Positions 9,479-18,200 of a stretch of 64,000 nt of DNA are shown piece after piece. Position 1 is the stretch's first letter. Every line of letters begins with the position of its first letter. The notes below the pieces were generated by a model. It was not told the origin of the DNA and searched no databases. It saw nothing but the letters and a program-made list of their open reading frames with translations. A program made the translations under genes and the position numbers. Source of the DNA: an uncultured Chloroflexia bacterium (lineage in GTDB: Bacteria > Chloroflexota > Limnocylindria > Limnocylindrales > CSP1-4); contig CAWFXA010000002.1 in NCBI GenBank assembly GCA_963819655.1, positions 800,001 to 864,000 on the forward strand, in the 5' to 3' direction.

Positions 9479-9691
9479 ATGAAGAAGCGAATCCTCGCCG
9501 CATTCCTCTGGTTCTACGCCGGTTGGTACGGCGGCGCGCTCCTGGCCGATTTCATCGGCGTCAGCCCGCTGCTCGGCCCGATCGTCGGGGCCGCAGTGGC
9601 AGCGTTGATCGTCGGCGACCCGCGTCGGATCATCTGGACCGCCCGAACCGCCAGCCCGGCCGCGTCCGAGGCCACGCCAGAACCTGCCTGA
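9479..9691 (+). CDS. Small two-helix membrane protein (70 aa)
   Basis: MKKRILAAFLWFYAGWYGG...LLGPIVGAAVAALIVGDP: charged N-terminus, two hydrophobic segments, coding-like codons. Confidence 0.75.
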   Translation: MKKRILAAFLWFYAGWYGGALLADFIGVSPLLGPIVGAAVAALIVGDPRRIIWTARTASPAASEATPEPA

Positions 9692-9726
9692 CACCGAGCC
9701 GCGCCCGGCGCGGCCGATCGACGCGA

Positions 9727-9760
9727 TGAGCGCCGGGTGCCTGTCGTCACCCGGCGCTCA
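9727..9760. terminator. Hairpin between small membrane gene and Tad cassette 1
   Basis: TGAGCGCCGGGTG-N8-CACCCGGCGCTCA 13-bp stem between convergent genes. Confidence 0.6.
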
Positions 9761-9796
9761 CCGATCCCCCTTCGGGAAATTCGATCGACGCTGGAG

Positions 9797-10861
9797 TTAG
9801 CGCACCAGCTGCACGGCCAGCGAGGCGAACTCACCCGGTGAGCTGCCGGTGGTCGGACCAAGGAAGAACTGCTTCCGCCACACGCCCGAGATGTTCTTGC
9901 CGCCCTCGCACTCGGTCAGCTGGAAGCCGGCGAACCCGATGATGTGGTACCAGCCGTTGGCGCCGGTGCCCCCGGCGTAGTCCCAGATCGGGATGGTGAC
10001 CACGATCTCGTTGTCGATGTAGTAGGAGCAATCGGCGCTGGCCTTGTTGCCGGGCAGGCTGCCGATGCGATCCAGATCCGGATCGCCGGACACCGCGGTG
10101 CAGCAGCCGAAGCTGTTCGACGGCGGGCCGATCTCCTCCTGGAGGAAGGGCTTGTTCTCCTCGCAGCCCGACGAGGTCGACATCCCCAACCCGAATCCTG
10201 CGCACTTGTTCTGCGCGCCGAACTTCAGCCAGCCGAAGCCGCCGGGCACGTTCAGGTTGCCCGGGGTGAGGTTCTGCGGCTGGCACTCCGGGCTCGACCC
10301 GACATCGCCCGTGCAGAACGGGTACGTCTCGAAGAAGGCGAGCGAGATCCCGGCCGGAAACACGTTCCCCATCGGTGGCGCCGCGGCGTATCCGCCCCGC
10401 GCGGTGGCGACCGAGCTGGCCGTCCAGTCGCCGCTGCCGATGATCCCGAGCAGGTACGGATGGAAGGTCCTGCTCGATCCGACGGTGACGCCTTCCGTCC
10501 CGGTCGGGATCGTGCCGCTGCCGACCCACCCGGTGAATGCCCCGGCGCGGCTGACATAGCGCGGGCCGTTCGGCGATCCGTAGGTGACCGGCGTGCCGCC
10601 GTTTGCCGCGATCGTCGCGTCGATCGACGAGACGACGTTCGCGTCGGTGCCGTTGACGGCATCGTTATCGATCCACGTGGCGATGATCCGGGCGCCCGCG
10701 AGGGCGGCGAAGTCGGATGCATTCTGCGACGCGCGACGCTGGAGCAGTGCGTTGCCGCCATCGATGACGAGTGCGACGGCCAGGATGATGACGACCATGC
10801 TGAGCGCGAACAGTGCAAGGATCTGGCCTCGCGGACGCACCTCAGCCTGCTGACTGGGCAT
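9797..10861 (-). CDS. TadG-like pseudopilin, cassette 1
   Basis: PRG|QILALFAL, LVIDGG, QNASDFAALAGA; PGGFGWL, YHIIGFAGFQL; AGGGG RBS before ATG 10861. Confidence 0.88.
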   Translation of the reverse strand: MPSQQAEVRPRGQILALFALSMVVIILAVALVIDGGNALLQRRASQNASDFAALAGARIIATWIDNDAVNGTDANVVSSIDATIAANGGTPVTYGSPNGPRYVSRAGAFTGWVGSGTIPTGTEGVTVGSSRTFHPYLLGIIGSGDWTASSVATARGGYAAAPPMGNVFPAGISLAFFETYPFCTGDVGSSPECQPQNLTPGNLNVPGGFGWLKFGAQNKCAGFGLGMSTSSGCEENKPFLQEEIGPPSNSFGCCTAVSGDPDLDRIGSLPGNKASADCSYYIDNEIVVTIPIWDYAGGTGANGWYHIIGFAGFQLTECEGGKNISGVWRKQFFLGPTTGSSPGEFASLAVQLVR

Positions 10862-10871
10862 CGGGTCCCCT

Positions 10872-11408
10872 CTAGTTGATGACCATGGATGTCGACGCCG
10901 ACATCGACACGATGCCGACGATCTGGGAGATGACCGGTGTGATCGGTCGGAACGTCCCAGCGACGCGGACCGATGCGACGTTGCCGCTCCCGTTGCTGGT
11001 GCACGAGGTGCCCGTCCAACCGCCGGTCGGCGTGCCACCGGACGGGTCGCATCGCACGAACACGTCGGTCGCGGGGACGACAGCGAACGGCGCGATCATC
11101 CGGTTGGCGGCAGTCACGATGTCGGTCTTCATGGAGGCGCTCGACGCCGGACACGTCGGCCCATTCGCCGAACCGCAACCGGCGTCCGCCGAACCGATCC
11201 AGCTCGCCTCCACCGATGCCAGTCGGGCGCCTTCGCGGGCGGCCTGGGACAGGACGCTGTGCTGGTAGACCAGGCGGCCGCCGTCGATCAGGCCGAACAG
11301 GAACAGGATGAAGATCGGCAGGACGAGGGCGAACTCGACAAGGCTTTGGCCGCCTGATAGCCGCCGGTCGCGGGCGGTCCGCCGCACACTCGCTCGCAGC
11401 CGCCTCAC
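10872..11408 (-). CDS. TadE-family pseudopilin, cassette 1
   Basis: GG|QSLVEFALVLP...QAAREGAR, FRPITPVI; GTGA overlap at 11405-11408. Confidence 0.88.
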   Translation of the reverse strand: MRRLRASVRRTARDRRLSGGQSLVEFALVLPIFILFLFGLIDGGRLVYQHSVLSQAAREGARLASVEASWIGSADAGCGSANGPTCPASSASMKTDIVTAANRMIAPFAVVPATDVFVRCDPSGGTPTGGWTGTSCTSNGSGNVASVRVAGTFRPITPVISQIVGIVSMSASTSMVIN

Positions 11409-12556
11409 GGTGACACCGACCGCGTGACGCTGTGGGAGCCGCTCGCGCTGGTCACGGACAGCGTCACGTTCCACGTCCCGTTATTGCTCGGGAAGCTATG
11501 GAACGGATTGGGCGCGTTGCTCGACGGGGAGCCGTCGCCGAAATCCCACAGCCACGCCGTGATCGGGCAGCCGGCCGGCGCCGACGAGAGGTCTGAGAAC
11601 GTGATGTTTCGCCGCGGATTGCCCGACAGCCAGCTGAAGTTCGCGACCGGGTTGGCGCACGGCGCCGGTGTGGGTGTCGGGGTCGGTGCCGCGGTCGGGG
11701 TCGGTGTCGGGCCGCTGGTCGGCGTGGGGGTCGGCCCCCCGGTCGGGGTCGGTGTCGGCGCCGCAGGCGGGACGGTCACGGTGCGGATCGCCGTGAGAGT
11801 GCCACCCTGGTTCGTGACCTCGAGCGTGACGACATAGGTGCCGGGCGACGCGTACGTGTGGGTCACCGGGATGCTCGATCCCACGTCGGTCTCCCCGTCC
11901 CCGAAGTCCCAGTTGTAGCCCGAGATCGTGCAGACCCCGGTGTCAGGCTTCGACCCGTCGGGGTTGGCGATGATCTGAAGTCCGGTGGCGACGATCGAGA
12001 ACGTCGCATTCGACGGCCCTGCGCAGGAGCTCGGGCCTCCGCCCGTCCCGCCGGCCGCGGACACGAACACGGCCGTCGTGACATTCGCCGACATCCGGAG
12101 GCTGCCGCCGAACATGTCGTTGATCAGAGGGGTAAGGAAGGTGAACGGCTGGCGGACCGTGACAGTCAGGGTGTTGCCGGCGCCAGCGCCTCCCGGTGCC
12201 GCTGCACAGGCGATCGTCGTTCCTGCCTGATTCGCACAGCTGGTGATGATCGGGTCGAGCGGGCCTTCGCCCTGCGACTGCGCGTTCTTCTCCTGGACCG
12301 CCCGGGCTTGCATGCCCACGCTATCGGTGGGCTGTGTGGCGCCGTAGGCGGCGGCCTCACGAGCGGCGTTGCTGACCTGGATGTACGTGAAGAACAGGCG
12401 ACCGAAGTCGACTGCCATCAGCAGCAGAGCGAGGAAGATCGGGAGGACCAGCGCGAACTCGACCACGGATTGACCGCGGCGGCGTCTGGCCGGGCGGCTC
12501 GCACCATGCGGCGCACGCGCACGCACAGGCTTCCGCCATCGGAAGCGATCCCACAT
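11405..12556 (-). CDS. TadE-family pseudopilin with two PKD domains and Pro/Thr linker, cassette 1
   Basis: RRG|QSVVEFALVLP...NAAREAA; YNWDFGDG..HTYASPGTY; (PT)n linker; WLWDFGDG..NPFHSF. Confidence 0.9.
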   Translation of the reverse strand: MWDRFRWRKPVRARAPHGASRPARRRRGQSVVEFALVLPIFLALLLMAVDFGRLFFTYIQVSNAAREAAAYGATQPTDSVGMQARAVQEKNAQSQGEGPLDPIITSCANQAGTTIACAAAPGGAGAGNTLTVTVRQPFTFLTPLINDMFGGSLRMSANVTTAVFVSAAGGTGGGPSSCAGPSNATFSIVATGLQIIANPDGSKPDTGVCTISGYNWDFGDGETDVGSSIPVTHTYASPGTYVVTLEVTNQGGTLTAIRTVTVPPAAPTPTPTGGPTPTPTSGPTPTPTAAPTPTPTPAPCANPVANFSWLSGNPRRNITFSDLSSAPAGCPITAWLWDFGDGSPSSNAPNPFHSFPSNNGTWNVTLSVTSASGSHSVTRSVSP

Positions 12557-12606
12557 CGATATAGGTCCCCGGCGGTTACCCGGCGAATACCGGGTAGTCG
12601 AGCGGG

Positions 12607-12642
12607 ATTATCAGGCATCGAACCTTGCAGCGAACCTTGCAG
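12607..12642 (-). promoter_or_regulatory. Direct-repeat element GCAAGGT-N5-GCAAGGT plus -10 GATAAT, copy D
   Basis: Perfect 12-bp tandem repeat CGAACCTTGCAG x2 at 12619-12642; hexamer at 12607-12612. Confidence 0.7.
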
Positions 12643-12724
12643 AGCCCGCTTCACGCCGAAGAGTGGTGCACCATCGCACCGAGCCCGTAACGGAATCAGT
12701 GCGGGTTCGTTGCGACGGCTTGGC

Positions 12725-14185
12725 TCAGGCCTCGTCGCCGGATTCGCCCGGCAAAGCGATCGAGAAGGCCGCACCCCGACCCGGTTCGGAGGGCTCGAGC
12801 GTGAGCTCGCCACCCATGGCGCGACACAGCTCGCGCGAGACGTACAGACCGAGGCCACTGCCGCCGTCCGGAGCGGGATCGCCGCCCCTCTCGAACCGCG
12901 TGAACAGGCGGCCGCGGTCGGCATCGGCGACCCCGGGTCCGCGGTCGCTGATGGTCAGTCGCACGCGGCGGGCGTCGGCGTCGACCGCGATGGCGGCACG
13001 GACCGGGGTGCTGCCACCGTACTTCACGGCATTGTCGAGCAGGGCCCACAGCACCTGGTCGAGCTGATCCGGGTCGGCGATCGCGAGCCAGCCAGCGGCT
13101 CGGTCGTCGAGCTCGAACTCGACGTCGTCGACGCCCAATGCTTCCCATGCCTTGCGGACCCTCGTCGCGAGCGAGACGACCTCGCTGCGTGGCTTGAGCG
13201 CCCCCGACTCGAGACGCGTCACGGTGAGCAGCTGGCGGACCATCCGCGACAGCCGTTCGGACTGTTCCGCGATGATCCCGAGCCGCCGATCCGGCGATGC
13301 CGCGTCGAGCTGTTCGGCATACGCGCGAATGCTCGTGAGCGGTGTCTGCAGGTTGTGGCTGACGCCGCGCAGGAAGTCGTCCTTGGCCGCATCGAGCTCG
13401 AGCAGCTGGCGGTTCTGGGACTCGACCTGGGCGAACAGCTGAGCATTCCGGATGGCCGATGCCATCTCGCTCGCGAACAGCTCGAGGAGGTCCTGGTCGG
13501 CGGGCTCCCAGCGGCGCGTCGCCGGCAGCCGGCCGATGAGGATCCCGATGTCCTGGCCGCCGGCGCGCATGACCGCGCGAAGCGGCCGCGACACTCCCGG
13601 CACGACCTCCTCTTCCTCGACGATCGACGGGTCGCCCATGACGACGGTCGCATCGATGAGTGCGAAGGCCGACGTGGCGTCGGCCCCGGTCCGCTGGACG
13701 AGCGCCTCGACGTCGTCATGGAGCGATACCTCGTCGATCGCCGCCAGGATCCGGCCGAGCTCGCGGTTTCGGCGCTCGAGGTCCGCGGCGAGGCGATTGT
13801 GGCTGTCGGCCAGCCTCGCCAGCTCGTCATCGCCCACGACCTGCATCGGGCTCTGGAGATCGCCCTTGGACACCCGGTCGACCGCGGCGACGACCGAGCG
13901 CAGGGGCGCGAGCAGCTCTGTCGCCAAGGCGAACGCCGCAACGATCGCGAAGGCCAGCAGGATCGCGAGCGCGAACAGGAGGACCTGGGCGAACGTGGCG
14001 TCGACGGACTGGTCGCCCAGGATCGATTCGAAGGCGAGGACGACGACGCCGAAGACCGCGAGCGGGACGATCGCCGCAAAGAGGAGCGCCGCGGTCAGCC
14101 GCGAGCGGAAGCTCATGCGCGGCGGGCGATCGGCCGGCGCGGGAGGCGCGTCGCTGGATGGCCGGACCAGTCGGTCGTCAGCCAC
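12725..14185 (-). CDS. Sensor histidine kinase (2 TM, HAMP, short GAF-like region, HisKA, HATPase)
   Basis: VSHNLQTPLTSI H-box, LLDNAVKY N-box, DRGPG, LFTRF, GSGLGL; start uncertain (14185 GTG or 14116 ATG). Confidence 0.92.
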   Translation of the reverse strand: MADDRLVRPSSDAPPAPADRPPRMSFRSRLTAALLFAAIVPLAVFGVVVLAFESILGDQSVDATFAQVLLFALAILLAFAIVAAFALATELLAPLRSVVAAVDRVSKGDLQSPMQVVGDDELARLADSHNRLAADLERRNRELGRILAAIDEVSLHDDVEALVQRTGADATSAFALIDATVVMGDPSIVEEEEVVPGVSRPLRAVMRAGGQDIGILIGRLPATRRWEPADQDLLELFASEMASAIRNAQLFAQVESQNRQLLELDAAKDDFLRGVSHNLQTPLTSIRAYAEQLDAASPDRRLGIIAEQSERLSRMVRQLLTVTRLESGALKPRSEVVSLATRVRKAWEALGVDDVEFELDDRAAGWLAIADPDQLDQVLWALLDNAVKYGGSTPVRAAIAVDADARRVRLTISDRGPGVADADRGRLFTRFERGGDPAPDGGSGLGLYVSRELCRAMGGELTLEPSEPGRGAAFSIALPGESGDEA

Positions 14186-14900
14186 CGGAGCGCTTCTGCG
14201 GCGCGGCCGAGACCAGCCGGTACCCGACGCCCCTGACCGTTTGGACATGGGCCGGACGGTTCGGGTCGACCTCGACCTTCTGGCGGAGGCGACGCATGGT
14301 CACCCAGACGTATGACGGATCGGCGTCCTCGGTCTCGGCCCATCCACGTGCCAGGAGCGTCTCGGTCGTGACCGTCTGACCGAGGTTGGCGGCGAGGGCG
14401 TACAGAAGGCGCGATTCGGTCGGGGTCAGCTGGACCACCTGGCCACCGACCGTGGCTTCGCGGCGATGCAGATCGAGCGTCAACGACGGCCCGAGCTTCA
14501 GGCTCTGGCGAGGAACCTTGTCGCCCAGCCGGCGGAGGACCCGGTTGATGCGCGCCCGCAGCTCGGGGTAGTGGTACGGCTTGGTGACGTAATCCTCGGC
14601 GACCTCCTCGAGCAGGTCGGCCTTGGAATCGCCTGCATCGATCGCCGAGAGGACGATGATCGGCAGGTCCGCCTGTGCCTTGATCTCGCGCGCGAGGGTC
14701 AGGCCGTCCATCCGCGCCATCATCATGTCGATGATCAGGAGGTCGGGCCAGGCCGATCGCAGACGGCGGAGTGCCTCGTCGCCGTCCCGCGCGGTCGAGA
14801 TCTCGAAGCCGTCGGCGCGCAGCTGATCGGCGAGCAGGACCAACAAGTTCGGATCGTCGTCGACCAGCAGGATCCGAGGGGCGTGCGGACCTGACAGCAT
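14178..14900 (-). CDS. OmpR/PhoB-family response regulator
   Basis: ILLVDDD, LIIDMMM, YVTKPY, LTPTE, RLRQKVE..VQTVRGVGY; TATACT 7 nt before ATG 14900. Confidence 0.95.
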   Translation of the reverse strand: MLSGPHAPRILLVDDDPNLLVLLADQLRADGFEISTARDGDEALRRLRSAWPDLLIIDMMMARMDGLTLAREIKAQADLPIIVLSAIDAGDSKADLLEEVAEDYVTKPYHYPELRARINRVLRRLGDKVPRQSLKLGPSLTLDLHRREATVGGQVVQLTPTESRLLYALAANLGQTVTTETLLARGWAETEDADPSYVWVTMRRLRQKVEVDPNRPAHVQTVRGVGYRLVSAAPQKRSGG

Positions 14901-15229
14901 GTCCGCGAGTATAGGGACGGCGTTCGCGACGACCTCGTAGTACCGGCGGCGAGTCGTCTCGGCGTCCGGTTGGTGCGGTCGGACACCTGTTTCTGCGGCC
15001 AGGTGTGGTCCGGGGCAGAGCAGACGTCCGAATGGGGGATGACTTCCGGCGGACGGGTCAGTACGGTTGGCGCCCGCTCGTTCCGGAGCGGCCAACTGAA
15101 TAGTCACTCGTCCCGTGTCGGGGTGAGGCGACCTCGGGCCCAGGACGCAGCTCTCATCCGTTCGTTCTTCCTTCGGACCCTGCGAACCCGAGACGCCACC
15201 CGTCACGCCAGGCGCCTTGGGGGACCTTG

Positions 15230-18200
15230 ATGTCGCGCGTATCCAGCCGCCTCTCGTTCGTGGGTCATCGCTCGCTTGTCGCGATCCAGACCTTCCTGCT
15301 GATCGCCACGCTATTCGCGCCGATCCCGGTGGCCGCAGAGGATCCGACGGACGACCCGGGCGCCAGCGCGCCGCCCACGACCGAACCGGCTGCGACGCCG
15401 GACCCGACGCCCGACCCCACGGCCGAGCCGACTGCTGAGCCGACGCCGGACCCCACGCCGGAACCCCCGGCCGCGACTCCCGACCCGACCCCTGAGCCGA
15501 CCGCCGAGCCGCCGACCGCCGAGCCGCCGACCGCCGAGCCGCCGACCGCCGAGCCGCCCGCCGCGACCCCTGACCCCACGACCGAGCCGTCCACGTCGGT
15601 CGGCACGCCGACGATCCAGAGCGACCTCGCGGACTACCCGCCCGGCGGGCTGGTCACGCTGACTGGCTCAGGCTGGCAGCCGGGCGAGTCCGTGCACATC
15701 TTCGTCAACGACGACTGGGGCAGCAGCTGGTCCCGCAACGTCGACGTCATCGCGGACGCCTCCGGCGCGATCGTCGACCAATTCAACCTCCCAAACTGGT
15801 TCGTGGCTGTTTACTCCGTCACTGCGACGGGTTCCATTTCAGGGGCCGCGACAACCAGCTTTACCGACGCGAGGGTGGTCACCACCGCGACGCTAAACGG
15901 CGGAACCACCGTCACAGTCAATACGGGAGGCTCAATCAGCGCAGTAGTTAACGTGACGACTGACGGGTCTGGCGCGAATGCCCGATGGCGTTCAACCTCT
16001 TGGTCGATTGCGACGACTGACCCAGCTGGCACGAGTGCTGGCACCTGCGTCAATCACGGGAACCATGATCTGGCGGGGTCGTACTCGGAGTCGTTCAGCA
16101 TCACCGCGCCGCCCACAGCCGGGACGTACAACGCCTATTTCAAGGCGCATGCGGACGATGGTTGTGGCATCGCAAACGGTCCCAGCGCCCTGTTCAAGCT
16201 GACGGATGGTGTCATCGCTCGCTGGCCCACTACGACGATGCTGAGTTCCAGTGGAAGCCCCAGCGTATTCGGCACCCTGGTGACTTTCACAGCGACTGTA
16301 ACGGCGACCGGCGGGAACCCATCTGGGGTCGGAACCGTGAACTTCAGCGCGGGCTCGGGCCCGCTCTGCACGGCGGTTGCTCTGTCCGGCAACACGGCAA
16401 CGTGCAGCACGTCGACGCTTACCGTCACCGGCAGTCCTCACACCATCACGGCTCAGTACAACGGCACGACGACTGGCTCGCCGCAATTCGCGCCGAGCGC
16501 GCTCGCAACTCTGTCCGGAGGACAGACCATCACCAAGGCCAGCTCGACGACGACCGTGACCTGTCCGGCCGGTCCGTACACGTACACCGGCCTGGCCCAG
16601 ACGCCGTGCACGGCGACGGTCACCGGGGCCGGTGGCCTGAGCCTCAGCCCGACGCCCGACTACACCGCCAACACCAACGCCGGGACGGCCACCGCCAGCT
16701 ACACCTATGGCGGCGATGACAACCACACCGGCAGTGACGACAGCGACTCGTTCACCATCGACAAGGCGACCCTGGCCGTCGACGCCGACGACCAGACCAA
16801 GGTGTTCGCGGATGACGATCCGACGTTCAGCTGGACATACAGCGGCTTCGTCAATGGCGAGACCGCCGACGACGTGACGATCAGCGGCGCCGCCGACTGC
16901 TCGCGCGATCCCGGCGAGACCGTGCTCGGCGGCCCGTACGCGATCACCTGCGCACCGGGCGACCTGCTCGCGGACAACTACACGTTCGTGACCGGCGAGC
17001 CGGGCGCGCTGACCATCACCAAGGCCAGCTCGACGACGACCGTGACCTGTCCGGCCGGTCCGTACACGTACACCGGCCTGGCCCAGACGCCGTGCACGGC
17101 GACGGTCACCGGGGCCGGTGGCCTGAGCCTCAGCCCGACGCCCGACTACACCGCCAACACCAACGCCGGGACGGCCACCGCCAGCTACACCTATGGCGGC
17201 GATGACAACCACACCGGCAGTGACGACAGCGACTCGTTCACCATCGACAAGGCCGACGCGGTGTGCACGGTGACCGGCTACGACGTCGTCTATGACGCGG
17301 CCGCCCACACCGCCACCGGCTCGTGCGTCGGCGTCGAGGACGAGACCCTGGCCGGGCTCGACCTGTCGACCACGACCCACACCAACGCCGGCACCTATGC
17401 CGACGATCCGTGGTCGTTCATCGACCTGACCGGCAACTACAACGACACCTCGGGCACCGTCGCTGACCAGATCGACAAGGCGCCCTCGTCCACGGTCGTG
17501 ACCTGCCTGGCCGGTCCGTTCGTGTACAGCGGCTCAGCCCACACGCCGTGCTCCGCGGCGGTGACCGGTGCCGGCGGCCTCAGCGAGACGCTGACCGTCA
17601 GCTACACCGACAACGTCGATGCGGGGACGGCCACGGCCAGCGCCGGCTACGCCGGTGACGACAACCACGAAGCCAGCTCGGACAGCGAGACGTTCACGAT
17701 CGACAAGGCGCCCTCGTCCACGGTCGTGACCTGCCTGGCCGGTCCGTTCGTGTACAGCGGCTCAGCCCACACGCCGTGCTCCGCGGCGGTGACCGGTGCC
17801 GGCGGCCTCAGCGAGACGCTGACCGTCAGCTACACCGACAACGTCGATGCGGGGACGGCCACGGCCAGCGCCGGCTACGCCGGTGACGACAACCACGAAG
17901 CCAGCTCGGACAGCGAGACGTTCACGATCGACAAGGCGCCCTCGTCCACGGTCGTGACCTTTGAGGCTGGCCCATACATCTATCGAGGGACGTCATTCGC
18001 CGCGACTGCCCTGGCGACCGGTGTTGGTGGTCTGAGCATCGCCGTCGCGGTCGACTACAGCGGCGATTGCACCAACGTCACCATTGCCGGTGGCTGCACT
18101 GCCTCCGCGACATTCGCGGGCGACCTGAATCACTACGGTAGCGGCGACTCCAAGAGCATCACGATCCTGAGGAAGAACGTCACCGGGGCGTTCACCGCTG

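Noticed and set aside
3794-12642. Tad cassettes as a shufflon or invertible system using the GCAAGGT repeats as recombination sites
   Set aside because: No recombinase in the window, all cassettes are complete and co-oriented, and the repeats sit at a fixed distance from -10-like boxes, which fits transcription-factor sites better.
11858-14236. 792-aa + strand ORF and similar long ORFs (35084-37087, 22420-23943, 47458-49116, 57138-58730)
   Set aside because: Antisense shadows of well-supported genes; expected in high-GC DNA and with no recognisable motifs.
15030-15229. c-di-AMP (ydaO) or c-di-GMP riboswitch upstream of the adhesin
   Set aside because: Only scattered fragments (CTGAAT, GGGGTGA, GAACCCG) resemble the consensus and the conserved cores could not be assembled; needs Infernal.
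15214-15230. Fifth copy of the GCAAGGT motif (CCTTG x2)
   Set aside because: The period is 10 rather than 12, it overlaps the adhesin RBS and start, and it has no matching -10.
16525-17960. Adhesin repeats as a diversity-generating retroelement TR/VR pair
   Set aside because: Copies are identical with no adenine-specific mismatches, and no reverse transcriptase is present.
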